From Macrostomum lignano (lineage: Eukaryota): a stretch of DNA of 64,000 bases. Location of the stretch: positions 1 to 64,000 of the forward strand of contig NIVC01003832.1 of NCBI GenBank assembly GCA_002269645.1, in the 5' to 3' direction. Position 1 is the first letter of the stretch. Every line of letters starts with the position of its first letter. Made by a program: the position numbers and the translations under genes. The notes beneath the pieces were generated by a model. That model had not been told where the DNA came from. It made no database searches and worked only from the letters and a program-made list of their open reading frames with translations. Below, in pieces: positions 11,301-24,181 of this stretch.

Positions 11301-14300
11301 TCACAGAGGCGGCCTGTGCATGAAGTTGGACAGAATCTCCAGAGGCAGCGGGAATATGATGGTGGAATTCTTCTCGGCCGAGATCGTGTTGAGCGTCTGC
11401 AGGTAGCGCAGCTGCAGCGCGAACGGCGACTCGTTGATGACGTCGGCGGCCTCCTTCAGGGCCCGGGAGGCCTTCTGCTCGCCCTCAGCTGCGATCACCT
11501 GAATTGTCGGTTCGGCTCTCGCTTTGCTGACTTTGTTAATCAATCCAAGAGAATTGTTTCCCGATTAAGTTTTATAGCAGCTTCTGTAGTCTTTCTGGAC
11601 CATTTCATTCTGATTATTGATTTTTTGATTACTGTTTCTGGGCTGCTTTGCCAGCTCATTTTTCCTCTCAACCGAGCCGTACACTTCAGCCCAGCCCCCT
11701 GTCCAGATCCAAACTCCCAGCCCCAGCCCCTGCCCCAGCCCTAGTCCCAGCCTCAGCCCCAGTCCCAGCCCCAGCCTCAGCCCCAGCCCCTGCCCCAGCC
11801 CCAGTCCCAGCCTCAGCCCCAGTCCCAGCCCCAGCCTCAGCCCCAGCCCCAGCCTCAGCCCCAGCCCCAGCCCCAGCCCCAGCCCCAGCCCCAGCCCCAG
11901 CCCCAGACCCAGCCCCAGCCCCAGCTCCAGACCCAGCCCCAGCTCTCACCTTGGCGCGAGCCTCTCTCGCAGCCCCAGCCTCAGCCCCAGCCTCAGCCTA
12001 GCCCCAGCCCAGCCCCAGCCCCAGCCCCAGCTCCAGCCCCAGCCTCAGCCCCAGCCCCAGCCCCAGACCCAGACCCAGCTCTCACCTTGGCGCGAGCCTC
12101 TCTCGCAGCCTCGGCCTCGGCAGCCATGGCCCGTTGCAGTTGCACTGGCAGTCGGACATCTTTGCTGGAATGCGGAGTGGCGGAGGCGGGGCGGTGCGGA
12201 CAGACGGGCGAAGGCGAGCGGTCGGCTAGGATGGGAAAAAAAGATCGAGCGGGAAACCGGGCCGCCGGCTACTGCGGCTGGAAGGAGTTTGTCGCAGACG
12301 CCGGTGCAGCCTTGGCCTGCCACTCTCTACACTTTCCCCTCTCCCTCCTCTCCACTTATCCCTCCTCCTCTGGGCCCCGGGGAGGAAGCTGGGCGACTGA
12401 CTGATGGAGACCGTGAGCTCTAGTAAATAGAGAAGCGAGAAAGGAAAGTGCAAAAAAAAACTGAGTGGATGACTGGATGGAGAAGCTTAAAAAATGTGTT
12501 TGATGAAAAGAATAGAAGCTTTGAATATAGGTGATCAGGATACAGATTCTCTGGCTCAATGCAGCAACAACAAACAGCTTGGTAAGAAATAAAAAGCCAG
12601 CAATGGTGCTTCGGACTTCCTGGATAAGCAGCGTCAGTTACAGGCCGCCAGTCAGTCCTGTGGCATGCTGGGCGCAAGCATCAGCAATAGCAGCTACATA
12701 CAGTTGGAGAGGAAGGTGTTTAAAATAGCACGAAACTGTCGATTGCTATGGGATATAAGAGCGCTAAATTTTCCGGATTTTTTGGTTCAATTTGTTTTAC
12801 TGAAACTGTATAAAATGTGCAATTTTTTAACTGATCAGTAACTAAATTGCTGCTTAATTTTGAAGCAAATTATAAAAACAAGAGGAAAGTTGCACACTAA
12901 ATGAGGTTAATATCCGATGGGAAAGGGCTTACAATGAGTGCGATTTCTAAATTTGAAAATGAAATCGAATTTGCGGTAACGGCTATTGGACTGATCAACT
13001 GTAGGTCACTCCGACACCAGCTATTAGTCATAGTGACATACTGATCAGCTCTATAGTTCACTCCGACACTAGCTATTAATCATAGTGACATACTGACCTA
13101 TACTGATCAGCTCTAGTTCACTCTGGCACTAGATATTGGAGTGACCTATACTGATCAGCTCTAGTTCACTCTGACACTAGATATTAGAGTGACCTATACT
13201 GATCAGCTCTAGTTCACTCTGAAGGTATGAAGAATTTGAAACTAGGGCACAAATTCGCACATTTTCCAGCACTACATCAATAATCGAGTATTCATAAACA
13301 GTAAACAGAGATTAACCAGACCGCGAACGCGCCGTGCCGCCACCAGTGAAGCACAGTGCAATGCCAGCCAGTGCAGTGCAGGAAAGCCGCCACTGACAAG
13401 CCGGGTGTCGCTAATATCATCCCCTCGCCCCGAATTTCCCCACAGAAGCGACAAAAATAGCAGCTCAGAATTTGCTTTCCCTACGCCTTCGAGGGTCAGC
13501 AGTCCAGATCGTTTTCACTTACACCTCGACCCTCTCCACCTTGACACCCCAGGGGTCTGTGGCGTCGTCGAGGGACTCCTGCGAGTTGCGTCAGCCGTCG
13601 GAAGGAAAAAATAGGAAAAGTGGGAGGGGCGGGAGGGGCGTCGAGTTAAAATTAATATAATCAAAGTGTCTGAGACTTACACCTCAACTCGCTCCACCTT
13701 GACACCCCAGGGGTCTGTGGCGTCATCCAGCATGGCCTAGAATTGCAAACAGATTCGGGCGATGGGGGTGGCCTCCATCGAGTTCGATGAAGACTTTTGT
13801 TGGCCAACTGGCCGCTACATGCTTGATCTTGTGTCCACAGAGTCGGGCCTAGTCAAGATGGCATTCGATGGTCAGGGAGGGTGAAGCCGATCGAGGGAGA
13901 GTCAGGGAGGGTCAAGGCAATCGAGGGAGAGTCAGGGAGGGTCAAGGCAATCGAAAGAGTGTCAGAGAGGGTCAAGGCAATCGAGGGAGAGTCAGGGAGG
14001 GTCAAGGCAATCGAGGGAGAGTCAGGGAGGGTCGAGGCAATCGAGAGATGGTCAGAGAGGGTCAAGGCAATCGAAAGGGTGTCAGAGAGGGTCAAGGCAA
14101 TCGAGAGATGGTCAGGGAGGGTCAAGGCAATCGAGAGATGGTCAGAGAGGGTCAAGGCAATCGAAAGGGTGTCAGAGAGGGTCAAGGCAATCGAGAGATG
14201 GTCAGAGAGGGTCAAGGCAATCGAAAGGGTGTCAGAGAGGGTCAAGGCAATCGAGAGAGAGTCAGAAGGGTCAAGGCAATCGAGGGAGAGTCAGGGAAGG

Positions 14301-17300
14301 TCAAGGCAATCGAGAGATGGTCAGGGAGGGTCAAGGCAATCGAGAGATGGTCAGAGAGGGTCAAGGCAATCGAGGGAGAGTCAGGGAGGGTCAAGGCAAT
14401 CGAAAGAGTGTCAGAGAGGGTCAAGGCAATCGAGGGAGAGTCAGGGAGGGTCAAGGCAATCGAGGGAGAGTTAGGGAGGGTCAAGGCAATCTAAAGATGA
14501 TCAGGGAGGGTCAGGGCAATCGAGAGATCATCAAGGAGGGTCATTGCAATCGAAAGATGATCAGGGAGGGTCAAGGGAATCGAGAGATGATCAGGGAGGG
14601 TCAAGGCAATCGAGAGATGGTCCGGGAGGGTCAAGGCAATCGAAATAGCGTCAGAGAGGGTCAAGGCAATCTAAAGAGTGTCAGAGAGGGTCAAGGCAAT
14701 CGAAAGAGGGTCAGGGAGGGTCATGGCAATCGAAAGAGGGTCAGGGAGGGTCATGGCAATCGAAAGAGGGTCAGGGAGGGTCATGGCTATCAAGTGAGTC
14801 AGGAAGGGTCAAGGCTATCAAGTGAGTCAGGAAGGGTCAAGGCTATCAAGTGAGTCAGGAAGGGTCAAGGCTATCAAGTGAGTCAGGAAGGTCAAGGCTA
14901 TCAAGTGAGTCAGGAAGGTCAAGGCTATCAAGTGAGTCAGGAAGGTCAAGGCTATCAAGTGAGTCAGGAAGGGTCAAGGCTATCAAGTGAGTCATGAAGG
15001 TCAAGGCTATCAGGTGAATCCCCTAGTTTACGAGCTAGTATCTAGATGAATATGGATGGAAAATATCACTTCGGACACAAATATGACAAACAAAACATAC
15101 TTTATTGCTTGCTTCCTTTCTAGATAATGCAGAAAAAATTCACTTAAGCGAGTGCTGCTACACTGAGCCTGTCTCAAAAGCATCAAGCAAGCAAGAAAAT
15201 TGGCCTGTTGCGGTAAAATCAAGGCAAAGAATAAATTTTGGCCTCCCCAGCAAAGGCAGCAAAAAAGGCAGGACGTCTTTGATGGCAAATTTCCTGGTTA
15301 ACACCCACTTTCAGTCTGAAAACGGATGCTGGCGGCCCAGTTCAGGAAATTGAACACGGAGTGTGGCGCCTCCGGCTTTGAGCCGCATGCAACCAATTTG
15401 TTCTCAGACGCGATGGATTGGAGCTTTGACTGGGCTTTAAATTGGACTGGCTAGCTTGCGTGTGACTGACAAGCTGAAAAAGGAGATGGACTGGACACTG
15501 AAACGCTGCAGCAGGACTACTGTTTGAGCACTGAGAAGTGAGGTGAAAAAAAATTAAATTACTCGGTCGGAGAGGCGGCGGACGGAAGGTCCGGGATAAA
15601 CTTTCCCCCGACACTTTTTCATGATCAGAAAAGTTAGTGCTGATGGCTGGACGGCTGGCGGGTAGCGCAGTTTGACCGTCACTAAAAAGGCAATCTTCCA
15701 TGCACCCTGCAGCTGCGGCTGAGGGTGGTGGCCAGCAGATGACCGGGGAGGGCAATGTTTGCTCAGCATCAGTCACGCAAAGCTGACAAGCCTTCCTAGC
15801 ACCAGCTGACGCCGCGCGCCGCCACCTCTGCGCCGCCCTCCCAGCTGCCCTGCTCTTCCTCATCATCGCCGCTTCCTCGTTGCCTCTCACCCTGCATGCC
15901 CTGCCCCCTTCTTTCCGCCTGTCTGCTTTTTGTGCATTTCGCTTTTAGTTTGTAGAGTTGCCAGGCGGATCCATGCATAGTAGCGATGCGGACTGAGGCA
16001 CAGACAGGCACTTCGCGCCAAGAAAAATGCTACACACTACAGTAGTTCAGTGGGCGCTTTCTCAGCCTGAGGCAGGGATGCCGTGAGAGCTGAGTAGGAA
16101 GCATGAGAATGCGTGTAGATACAGTAGACTGCAATGCCTTCGCTGTTTCACTTTTTGCCTCGAGCAACAGACCGATTTGCTGCCAGACCCGACAGTTTTA
16201 GCGATGCAATGTAGCAAAAAACGCAAAAGCAACTCTTTGAGACTGAGAGCAGCACCTCTTTGAGCTCAATTCAACATGGCATTATTAGGCATGAGAAATG
16301 GCAAGCACAATTCCTGAGCACTCGCCTGCATCATGTTACTGATGCTCTCGCGTTCCGACAGAATCTCGGACAGGTTCTTCGTGCCCAGCACGTTGCGCAG
16401 GGTGGTGGCGGCCAGCAGGCGGGTGGACCTGTCCGCGTCTTCAACATTAGTTACGGCGATCACTGGGTTGTAGATTCTGTAGTACACGACCGCGTCAACG
16501 GCCACCGTGACAGAGTCCTTCGTGAGCACCTGCACCGGACAGACAAAGTCAAGGATTCTTAGAATATTGCAAGCATTTCCACTTGAATAGAAAGCATGCA
16601 CTGAAAATCATCTTGCACTCATTGCGGTGAAAAAAATATGATAAATCATAAAGAGAATGCGTCACGGCAAAAATGAACACTCGGTGTGGTACAGCCCTGC
16701 CCGCCTCTCACCCAGCCCCTTAGATCCGTCCATCATCGCGACGCGCTGCACAAGACGACGGACGACGGGGCTGCATTCACGCACTCGTCGCTCACACTTG
16801 AGAGGCCCAGATTAACGCGGCAGACTGAGAGGTCCCGGGTCAAAGGAGGAAGGCCTGACCGGATTAATGGATCGGTGTTGCATGAAGGGACGACAGGCGA
16901 GAAACAAGATAATTCCCATTTGGGATTTGGGAAGGTGAAGGGATGATGATTCTGGTCACAGGCGCGGGATGGCCTAGGTGGTAATTGAGATGCGGAATAA
17001 TGAGGAGATTTGACTCTGGGAGATGGGGGGGCATCCCAGCCAGTCAGCCCGAGATGGCCGCACTATAGAGCAGGATGAAGATGTGCGCAAACTGCAAAGC
17101 TCCATCATTACTGTGCTGACACCCCAGCATCTCTGAACGGACTCATCATCAGTCAGTGTGCGGCCTATGCAAGCAAACACAGCTACAGTGTGTCCGCAAT
17201 GTGATTCTATCACTCCCGTCTCTGTTAGTTCGTCAGCCAACCAAAAAGCCTGCCTGATCGGCTTTGCTTTCTTTTTACCAAATTCGACGCTCCATACTTG

Positions 17301-20300
17301 TCTAACGCCTGAGGTGGAGACGTTTTTGCGCTGGCTTTTTAATGGATTTTTTCTGTAAATATTCAGGAGTAGTCAGACCCTAGACTCTGGAACAAATCCT
17401 ACTCACCTGAAGCCTGAAGTGCTCTCTTCATTCTCTCTCCCTCTCCGCCCTCTTCCAGACTTCACTGGCGTACCTTCCTGCATCCTCCTTCCCAGCAACC
17501 CCCCCCCGCCTGGCCAGCCCCGGTCTGGCAGCGGCGGAATTGATTAGAAAAATAAGACAGAAATGCGGAGTCCCCGCCCTCCACGCACGCGACCGGCCGA
17601 CTCGCTCCGACACTGAGGGCCGAAGCCCGGCGGCCCCTCCCTCATGAGGCGCTCGCCGCGAAACAATGAATAATAAGAAATCCAATTACCCCAGCGCGGA
17701 GCGGCGCCCTTCGGGAAATTTATCCTCACTTTATAGAACTGAACTGCCTTGATTGGCTTTGCTATTTCAGAAAATAGCCACTCGCGCTGCTATTATTTTT
17801 GTGACCGCTAAAAACCCCAGAAGTTAGTCCAGTCAGCTATTTTTGTAACCTTGGCCAGATGCTCAATGCATCGATTGCGCCATAAGACCTGAGTTCGATC
17901 CCCGTTGTGGCATACCTTTAATAACACTTAATAATCATATTTCAGACAATTGACATAAAAACCATGGCCTGTCGTTTGCTACTGTTGTCCATGGTCTGGC
18001 GTCCTGTCAAATTTTAGTTGTCTTGGGGGTCCTAGCTTTCGCAATTAGCAACCAGTTGAAGCTTGCTCACCTCCTGCGGCGGCACATCGAAGGTCACTGT
18101 GCGCAGGTCCACCTTGCGAATGATGTCCATGCAGGGCACAATGAAGAACAGGCCGGGGCCTTTGGCGCCGCCTTCGAGTATTCGACCAAGGCGGAAGATC
18201 ACGGCCCGCTCGTATTCGGCCACCACCTGGTCAGAGTGGGAAGGTTTGGGTTGGTAGCATCGATTTCCCTACTGGTAGCTCTGCACCTGCTGATGCGCGC
18301 TAAAACGGGGTTGCTTCAGTGTAGCGCATCTTTGGGTTGCCAGCTCCTCCCCCAGTCCATCTGTGGGTTGCTAACACCTCCCCCAGTCCATCTGTGGGTT
18401 GCTAACACCTCCCCCAGTCCATCTGCGGGTTGCCAGCTCCTCCCCCAGTCCATCTGCGGGTTGCCAGCACCTTTTCCAATTCGTTTGTGGGTTGCCAGCA
18501 CCTCCCCGGTCCATCTGCGGGTTGCCAGCTCCTCCTCCAGTCCATCTGCGGGTTGCCAGCTCCTCCCCCAGTCCATCTGCGGGTTGCCAGCTCCTCCCCC
18601 AGTCCATCTGTGGGCTGCCAGCACCTGCCCCAACCATAACAAGCTTTCAGTGCTATCCGCTGTTAGGAATCGTTTCGCTGATTATCTGATATTGAAAATT
18701 TAATTGAAACCAAACCCAGACAGTTAATTTTCATATAGCCCACGAATTCCTTTAACACTCACTCAGTATCTCGGTTCAATAAAATCATAATATGTTTCTA
18801 AGCTATTTATAGAGCTAAATTGGAAGTCTTATTAGTTTGTGCTTACCTTGATGCAGAGGCACAATGACAGCGGTAGAGTCACCACAATGAGTGCGTACGA
18901 CAGGATGATGAGGACGCCACCGCAGAATCCCATGCCCTGGGAGTCCCGCTGCTGGCCTGCGGTGGGCAATGGAGAGATGGGGTATTATAGGCACTGTTCC
19001 CGTGTTAATAAGTCTCGGGAATTTTGTTCCGTTAGGATTGAACTATAAGCATTTGAAAGTAGTCGTATCTTCGTGCCGTCTTAGTCTGTCTGTCTGTCTG
19101 TCTGTCTGTCCCAGTATACTCGTATTTATATGTGTCCATCTAATCTTTTTCCAATCGTACCATTGTGAATAATTTTGTAGCTTTATTAAAGTGCTCTCTA
19201 GCTATTTTTAGCGCAGTGATATAATTTTAAATAATATTCGCAACGTCAAGATTTCATTAAGGCCAACCCCTAAAGGGGGGAGTGTGCTAGTCCACTATAC
19301 TAAAAACGGTTTGTCTCTATCTACAGATTTTAACATGTAGTTATCTGGAGAAAATAGATAAAATACAAGTTAAATAGCACATAAAAGTGTGTCTATCTTC
19401 AGCTGTAATAAAGCTTCCCAAAGAGCTCACTGGGATCACTCAGAGGTCCTGTGGCTGGCGGTTTCTCTCTACTTCGCATGGCGGCGGCGTGCATTATTGT
19501 CTCGCAGCTTTATTTGTTCTATCGTTTAGTATTTGTCACTTTAGAAGGCTCGCTGTTCTAGAGAGCGGGCCTCACATATTTATACTAGCTTCTGCACTTC
19601 TCGCTCTGACTTTGGATTGAACTCTGGGCAAATCGATGAGGTTGCCATATGATTGGACAGCTGGTCTGGCCCTATCCCTTATCCAATTTCGCTTGCCCAC
19701 GACTTGGGTCCAAGAAGCTAAGGCCAGTGCTAAGGCTAAGGCGATCTGGCAGATTGGCAGCCCAACACCTGCTGCGAGCGACAAGTGAAAACAGGTGTAG
19801 AAACTCCCATCTACATTCTATTTAATAAACTTCCCTGTAGAAACTCAATACAACTATAAATTATCAACTATAAATTCGCTCCCTATTATTGATAACTAAG
19901 TAGTATGGAAGGGAGAAAAGGTGCAAGGAGGGTGGAAAGAGATGGAAGGAGGGGGCGGAAGAGACAAGAGAAGGGGCGGAAGAGATGAGGAAGGGCGGAA
20001 GAGACAGGAGATGGGGGGCGGAAGAGACGGGAGAAGGGATCGGAAGAGACGGGAGAAGAGGCGGAAGAGGCGGGAGGGGGCGGAAGAGACGGAAGAAGGG
20101 CGGAGGAGACGGGAGAAGGGGCGGAAGAGACGGTAGAAGGGGGCGGAAGAGACGGAAGAAGGGGGCGGAGGAGACGGAAGAAGGGGCGGAAGAGACGGTA
20201 GAAGGGGGCGTAGGAGACGGAAGAAGGGGGCAGAGGAGACGAAAGAAGGGGGCGGAGGAGATGGAAGAAGGGGGCGGAGGAGACGGGAGAAGGGGTGGAA

Positions 20301-23300
20301 GAGACGTGGTAATAGAAAATAGAAATAGCAATAGGAAATCGAAAAACTAAGATTATATTGCACACGACACCGGCCAATGTGCCAGTCATTTTGCCTCTTC
20401 AGCTGGATGGCACTTTGAAAAGCAGTTGTGCTAACAAAAGTAAGTGGCGCCAATCGTTGCAGAGTGCCTTGAACCGAGAGCCGGTGCTTGCACAGCCGAA
20501 ATACGTGGCTGCCAATTAATTGCTGAGCAAATCGATAGTGGGAGAGCACGCTTCACTGTGCGATAAGTCTCTGGGGTGATTTTTGTTGTGACAATTGGTT
20601 GTCCTTTGCTTCATATTGATTCTAGGCTGAGCATAGGCTGATCCTAAACTGTTTATTGACTGATCATAAACTGTTTATTGAATGATCCTAAACTGTTTAT
20701 TGACTGATCATAAACTGTTTATTGAATGATCCTAAACTGTTTATTGACTGATCATAAACTGGTTATTTATTAATCCGAAACTGTTTTTTGATTCATCATA
20801 AACTGTTTATTGATTTTTTGTAAACTGTTTAAAGATTTATCATAAACTGTTTATTAATTGATCATATACTGTTTATTGATTGATCATATACTGTTTATTG
20901 ATTGATCATAAACTGTTTATTGACTGGTCATAAACTTTTTATATTTTTATCCTAAAATGTTTATTGATTGACTATAAACTGTTTACTGCTTGATCCTAAA
21001 ATGTTTATTGATTGACCATAAACTGTTTACTGCTTAATCCTAAGATGTTTATTGATTGACCATAAACTGTTTACTGCTTGATCTTAAACTGTTTATTGAC
21101 TGATCATAAACTGTTTATTGATTGATTCTAAACTGTTTATTGATTGATTCTAAACTGTTTATCGATTGATTATAAACTGTTTATTGCTTGATCATAAAGT
21201 TTTAATTGGCTGATCATAGAACCTTATTAGCTGTTCCAACTGACTAATAGACTTAAATAGAGTCAGCTTCGATCTAAGCTACACCACTGAATTTATTCAC
21301 TTCATCATCCTACTAAAAGCAGCAATCAAAGCAAATTTCAGCTAGAAGCCGAGTTTTGAACCTACTGGGAGAGATGCCCGCGTGCGCCACTGATGAAAGC
21401 GTTGAAGATTCGGGAGTTGAATAAAATTTTGTTCCAACTTCAAACAGAATTTTGATGCAAAGAAAGTAAACAGGGAATAGCACGCCCCGGCCAAGCGGGA
21501 ACCCTCCCTTGAGCACTGCTCAGCGTGGTCGAACAAAAATGAAGTTGTTGGTATTCCATTATAAAATGCGAGAGCGGTGACAGAGCGTGTTTTTGCGTCA
21601 AGGGGGCTTCGCACAGTTTGCAGCAACAGGGGGTCGGGCGAAGTCGGCGACTTCAGCGACACTTCCCGCTCTCTCCCCAAAGCCTTTTATCTCGCCGCAA
21701 CTGTAGCGGAGGCAGTCGCTGGGGGGGTCAAGAAAACCCATTGATTCGCGCGATATCCAGAAAAAGAGGGATAGAGTGAGAGAGAGAGAGAGAAAGAACT
21801 CCAATGGCCGATTAAATAATTCACGGCTCAATCAACGAAGAATCGGAGGGACCACTCTCTGTGAGTGTGAATTGAACTGCTGGCTGTTACAATCTCGATA
21901 GCTAGATCTAGCAGTCAATGCTGAATTGTTTTGGCATCTTCCTGTCACAGACTGGTTTGAACTAACTATATTTCAGCAAACCTGACTCAGGGGAGAGAGC
22001 TGAAGTAGGGTCAGGCGTAGACAAGTGGCTAATAGCGATAGACACCTTGAGAAGACCCAAGAGGCTAATAGCGATAGACACCTTGAGGAGACAAATGACT
22101 AATAGCGATAGACACCTTGAGGAGACAAATGGCTAATAGCGATAGACACTTTGAGGAGACAAATGGCTAATAGCGATAGACACCTTGAGGAGACAAATGA
22201 CTAATAGCGATAGACACCTTGAGGAGACAAATGGCTAATAGCGATAGACACCTGGAGTAGACAAATGGCTAATAGCGATAGACACCTGGAGTAGACAAAT
22301 GACTAATAGCGATAGACACCTGGAGTAGACAAATGACTAATAGCGATAGACACCTGGAATAGACAAATGCTAATAGCGATAGACTCCTGGAGTAGACAAA
22401 TGACTAATAGCGATAGACACCTGGAGTAGACAAATGACTAATAGCGAAAGACATCTGGAGTAGACAAATGACTAATAGCGATAGACACCTTGAGTAGACA
22501 AATGCTAATAGCGATAGACACCTGGAGTAGACAAATGCTAATAACGATAGACACCTTGAGTAGACAAATGCCTAGTAGCGATAGACACTTTGAGGAAATA
22601 AGTGGCTAATAGCGATAGACACCTGGAGTAGACAAATGACTAATAGCGATAGACACCTGGAATAGACAAATGCTAATCGCGATAGACTCCTGGAGTAGAC
22701 AAATTACTAATAGCGATAGACATCTGGAGTAGACAAATGACTAATAGCGATAGACACCTTGAGTAGACAAATGCTAATAGCGATAGACACCTGGAGTAGA
22801 CAAATGCTAATAGCGATAGACACCTTGAGTAGACAAATGCTAATAGCGATAGACACTTTGAGGAAATAAGTGGCTAATAGCGATAGACACCTTGAGAAGA
22901 CAAATGACTAATAACGATAGACACCTGGAATAGACAAATGCTAATAGCGATAGACTCCTGGAGTAGACAAATGACTAATAGCGGTAGACACCTTGAGTAG
23001 ACAAATGCTAATAGCGATAGACACCTGGAGTAGACAAATGCTAATAGCGATAGACACCTTGAGTAGACAAATGCCTAGTAGCGATAGACACTTTGAGGAA
23101 ATAAGTGGCTAATAGCAATAGACACCTGGAGTAGACAAATGACTAATAGCGATAGACACCTGGAATAGACAAATGCTAATAGCGATAGACACCTGGAGTA
23201 GACAAATGACTAATAGCGATAGACACCTGGAGTAGACAAATGCTAATAGCGATAGACACCTGGAGTAGACAAATGACTAATAGCGATAGACACCTGGAGT

Positions 23301-24181
23301 AGACAAATGATTAATAGCGATAGACACTTTGAGGAAGTAAGTGGCTAATAGCGATAGACACCTGGAGTAGACAAATGCTAATAGCGATAGACACCTGGAG
23401 TAGACAAATGCTAATAGCGATAGACACCTGGAGTAGACAAATGCTAATAGCGATAGACACCTGGAGTAGACAAATGCTAATAGCGATAGACACCTGGAGT
23501 AGACAAATGCTAATAGCAATAGACACCTGGAGTAGACAAATGCCTAGTAGCGATAGACACTTAGAGGAAATAAGTGGCTAATAGCGATAGACACCTTGAG
23601 AAGACAAGTGGCTAATAGCGATAGACACCTGGAGTAGACAAATGCTAATAGCGATAGACACCTGGAGTAGACAAATGCTAATAGCGATAGACACCTGGAG
23701 TAGACAAATGCTAATAGCGATAGACACCTGGAGTAGACAAATGACTAATAGCGATAGACACCTGGAGTAGACAAATGCTAATAGCGATAGACACCTGGAG
23801 TAGACAAATGCTAATAGCAATAGACACCTGGAGTAGACAAATGCCTAGTAGCGATAGACACTTAGAGGAAATAAGTGGCTAATAGCGATAGACACCTTGA
23901 GAAGACAAGTGGCTAATAGCGATAGACACTTTGAGGAGACAAGACGCAAAGGTGCGATAAACCAGCGATGATCTAAAGGTGAATGACTGTTGAAAATCAC
24001 GAATAGCCCGTTGATATTCAAAATCAACAGCAAACTCGGACTGAGACCGCTCTCTCGCCGCCCTTCACTCACCGTAATCCCTCGGACTGCCCTGCTGCTG
24101 CTTGCGCATGCTGCCGACCCGCATGGGGCCCATGACCGGCACCTGCTGGTGTGACGGCTCACTTGGCTCAACGCTGGCCAT
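11301..24181 (-). CDS. STOM: Stomatin / MEC-2-like band 7 (SPFH) protein, 303 aa. Exons 24073-24181, 18847-18956, 18071-18226, 16326-16529, 13681-13736 or 13523-13578, 12086-12164, 11301-11498
   Basis: Spliced product MASVEPS...[55 protein letters not shown]...[26 protein letters not shown]...ISNMMQ (E/A)[18 protein letters not shown] [40 protein letters not shown]...[13 protein letters not shown]. All phases are compatible (912 nt). The first exon is less certain than the others. Confidence 0.95.
11687..12080. repeat. (CCCAGC)n-like hexamer array in the last stomatin intron, containing a copy of the upstream exon end
   Basis: Hexamer runs, with ctcaccttggcgcgagcctctctcgcagcc at 11945-11974 identical to 12081-12110. 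Confidence 0.95.
13010..13225. repeat. Short imperfect tandem repeat, about 45-52 bp, about 4 copies
   Basis: Recurring tactgatcagctcta(ta)gttcactc(c/t)gacac units. Confidence 0.75.
13523..13578 (-). CDS. STOM: Stomatin alternative exon 5b (56 nt, [19 protein letters not shown])
   Basis: Flanked by ctcgcag acceptor and gtaagt donor; phase 0 in, phase 2 out. Confidence 0.9.
13681..13736 (-). CDS. STOM: Stomatin alternative exon 5a (56 nt, [19 protein letters not shown])
   Basis: Flanked by ttctag acceptor and gtaagt donor; same length and phases as 13523-13578. Confidence 0.9.
13868..15015. repeat. 30-bp minisatellite grading into a 27-28-bp variant
   Basis: tcgagggagagtcagggagggtcaaggcaa (30 bp) for most of the array; ggctatcaagtgagtcaggaagggtcaa (28 bp) from about 14785. 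Confidence 0.95.
18335..18632. repeat. About 30-bp minisatellite
   Basis: ttgccagctcctccccagtccatctgcggg-like units. Confidence 0.9.
19945..20305. repeat. About 20-bp G/A-rich minisatellite
   Basis: ggggcggaagagacgg(g/a)agaa-like units. Confidence 0.85.
20636..21225. repeat. About 22-23-bp AT-rich minisatellite
   Basis: tgatc(a/c)taaactgtttattga units. Confidence 0.9.
22021..23943. repeat. 33-bp minisatellite, about 58 copies
   Basis: aatagcgatagacacctggagtagacaaatgct units, head to tail with no unique spacers. Confidence 0.95.

Noticed and set aside
17100-17160. Possible third copy of the WGV stomatin exon ([12 protein letters not shown] on the minus strand)
   Set aside because: Only a 10-nt match, wrong position in exon order and no matching splice sites.
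17401-17432. Strong minus-strand donor after ATG AAG AGA GCA CTT CAG GCT TCA G
   Set aside because: Phase 1 is incompatible with the next stomatin exon (phase 0), and the phase-0 frame has a stop; unsupported without transcripts.
22021-23943. CRISPR-like regular repeats (also 38678-39912, 46708-47722, 31315-32055)
   Set aside because: Units are head-to-tail with no unique spacers, there are no cas genes and the context is eukaryotic; these are minisatellites.
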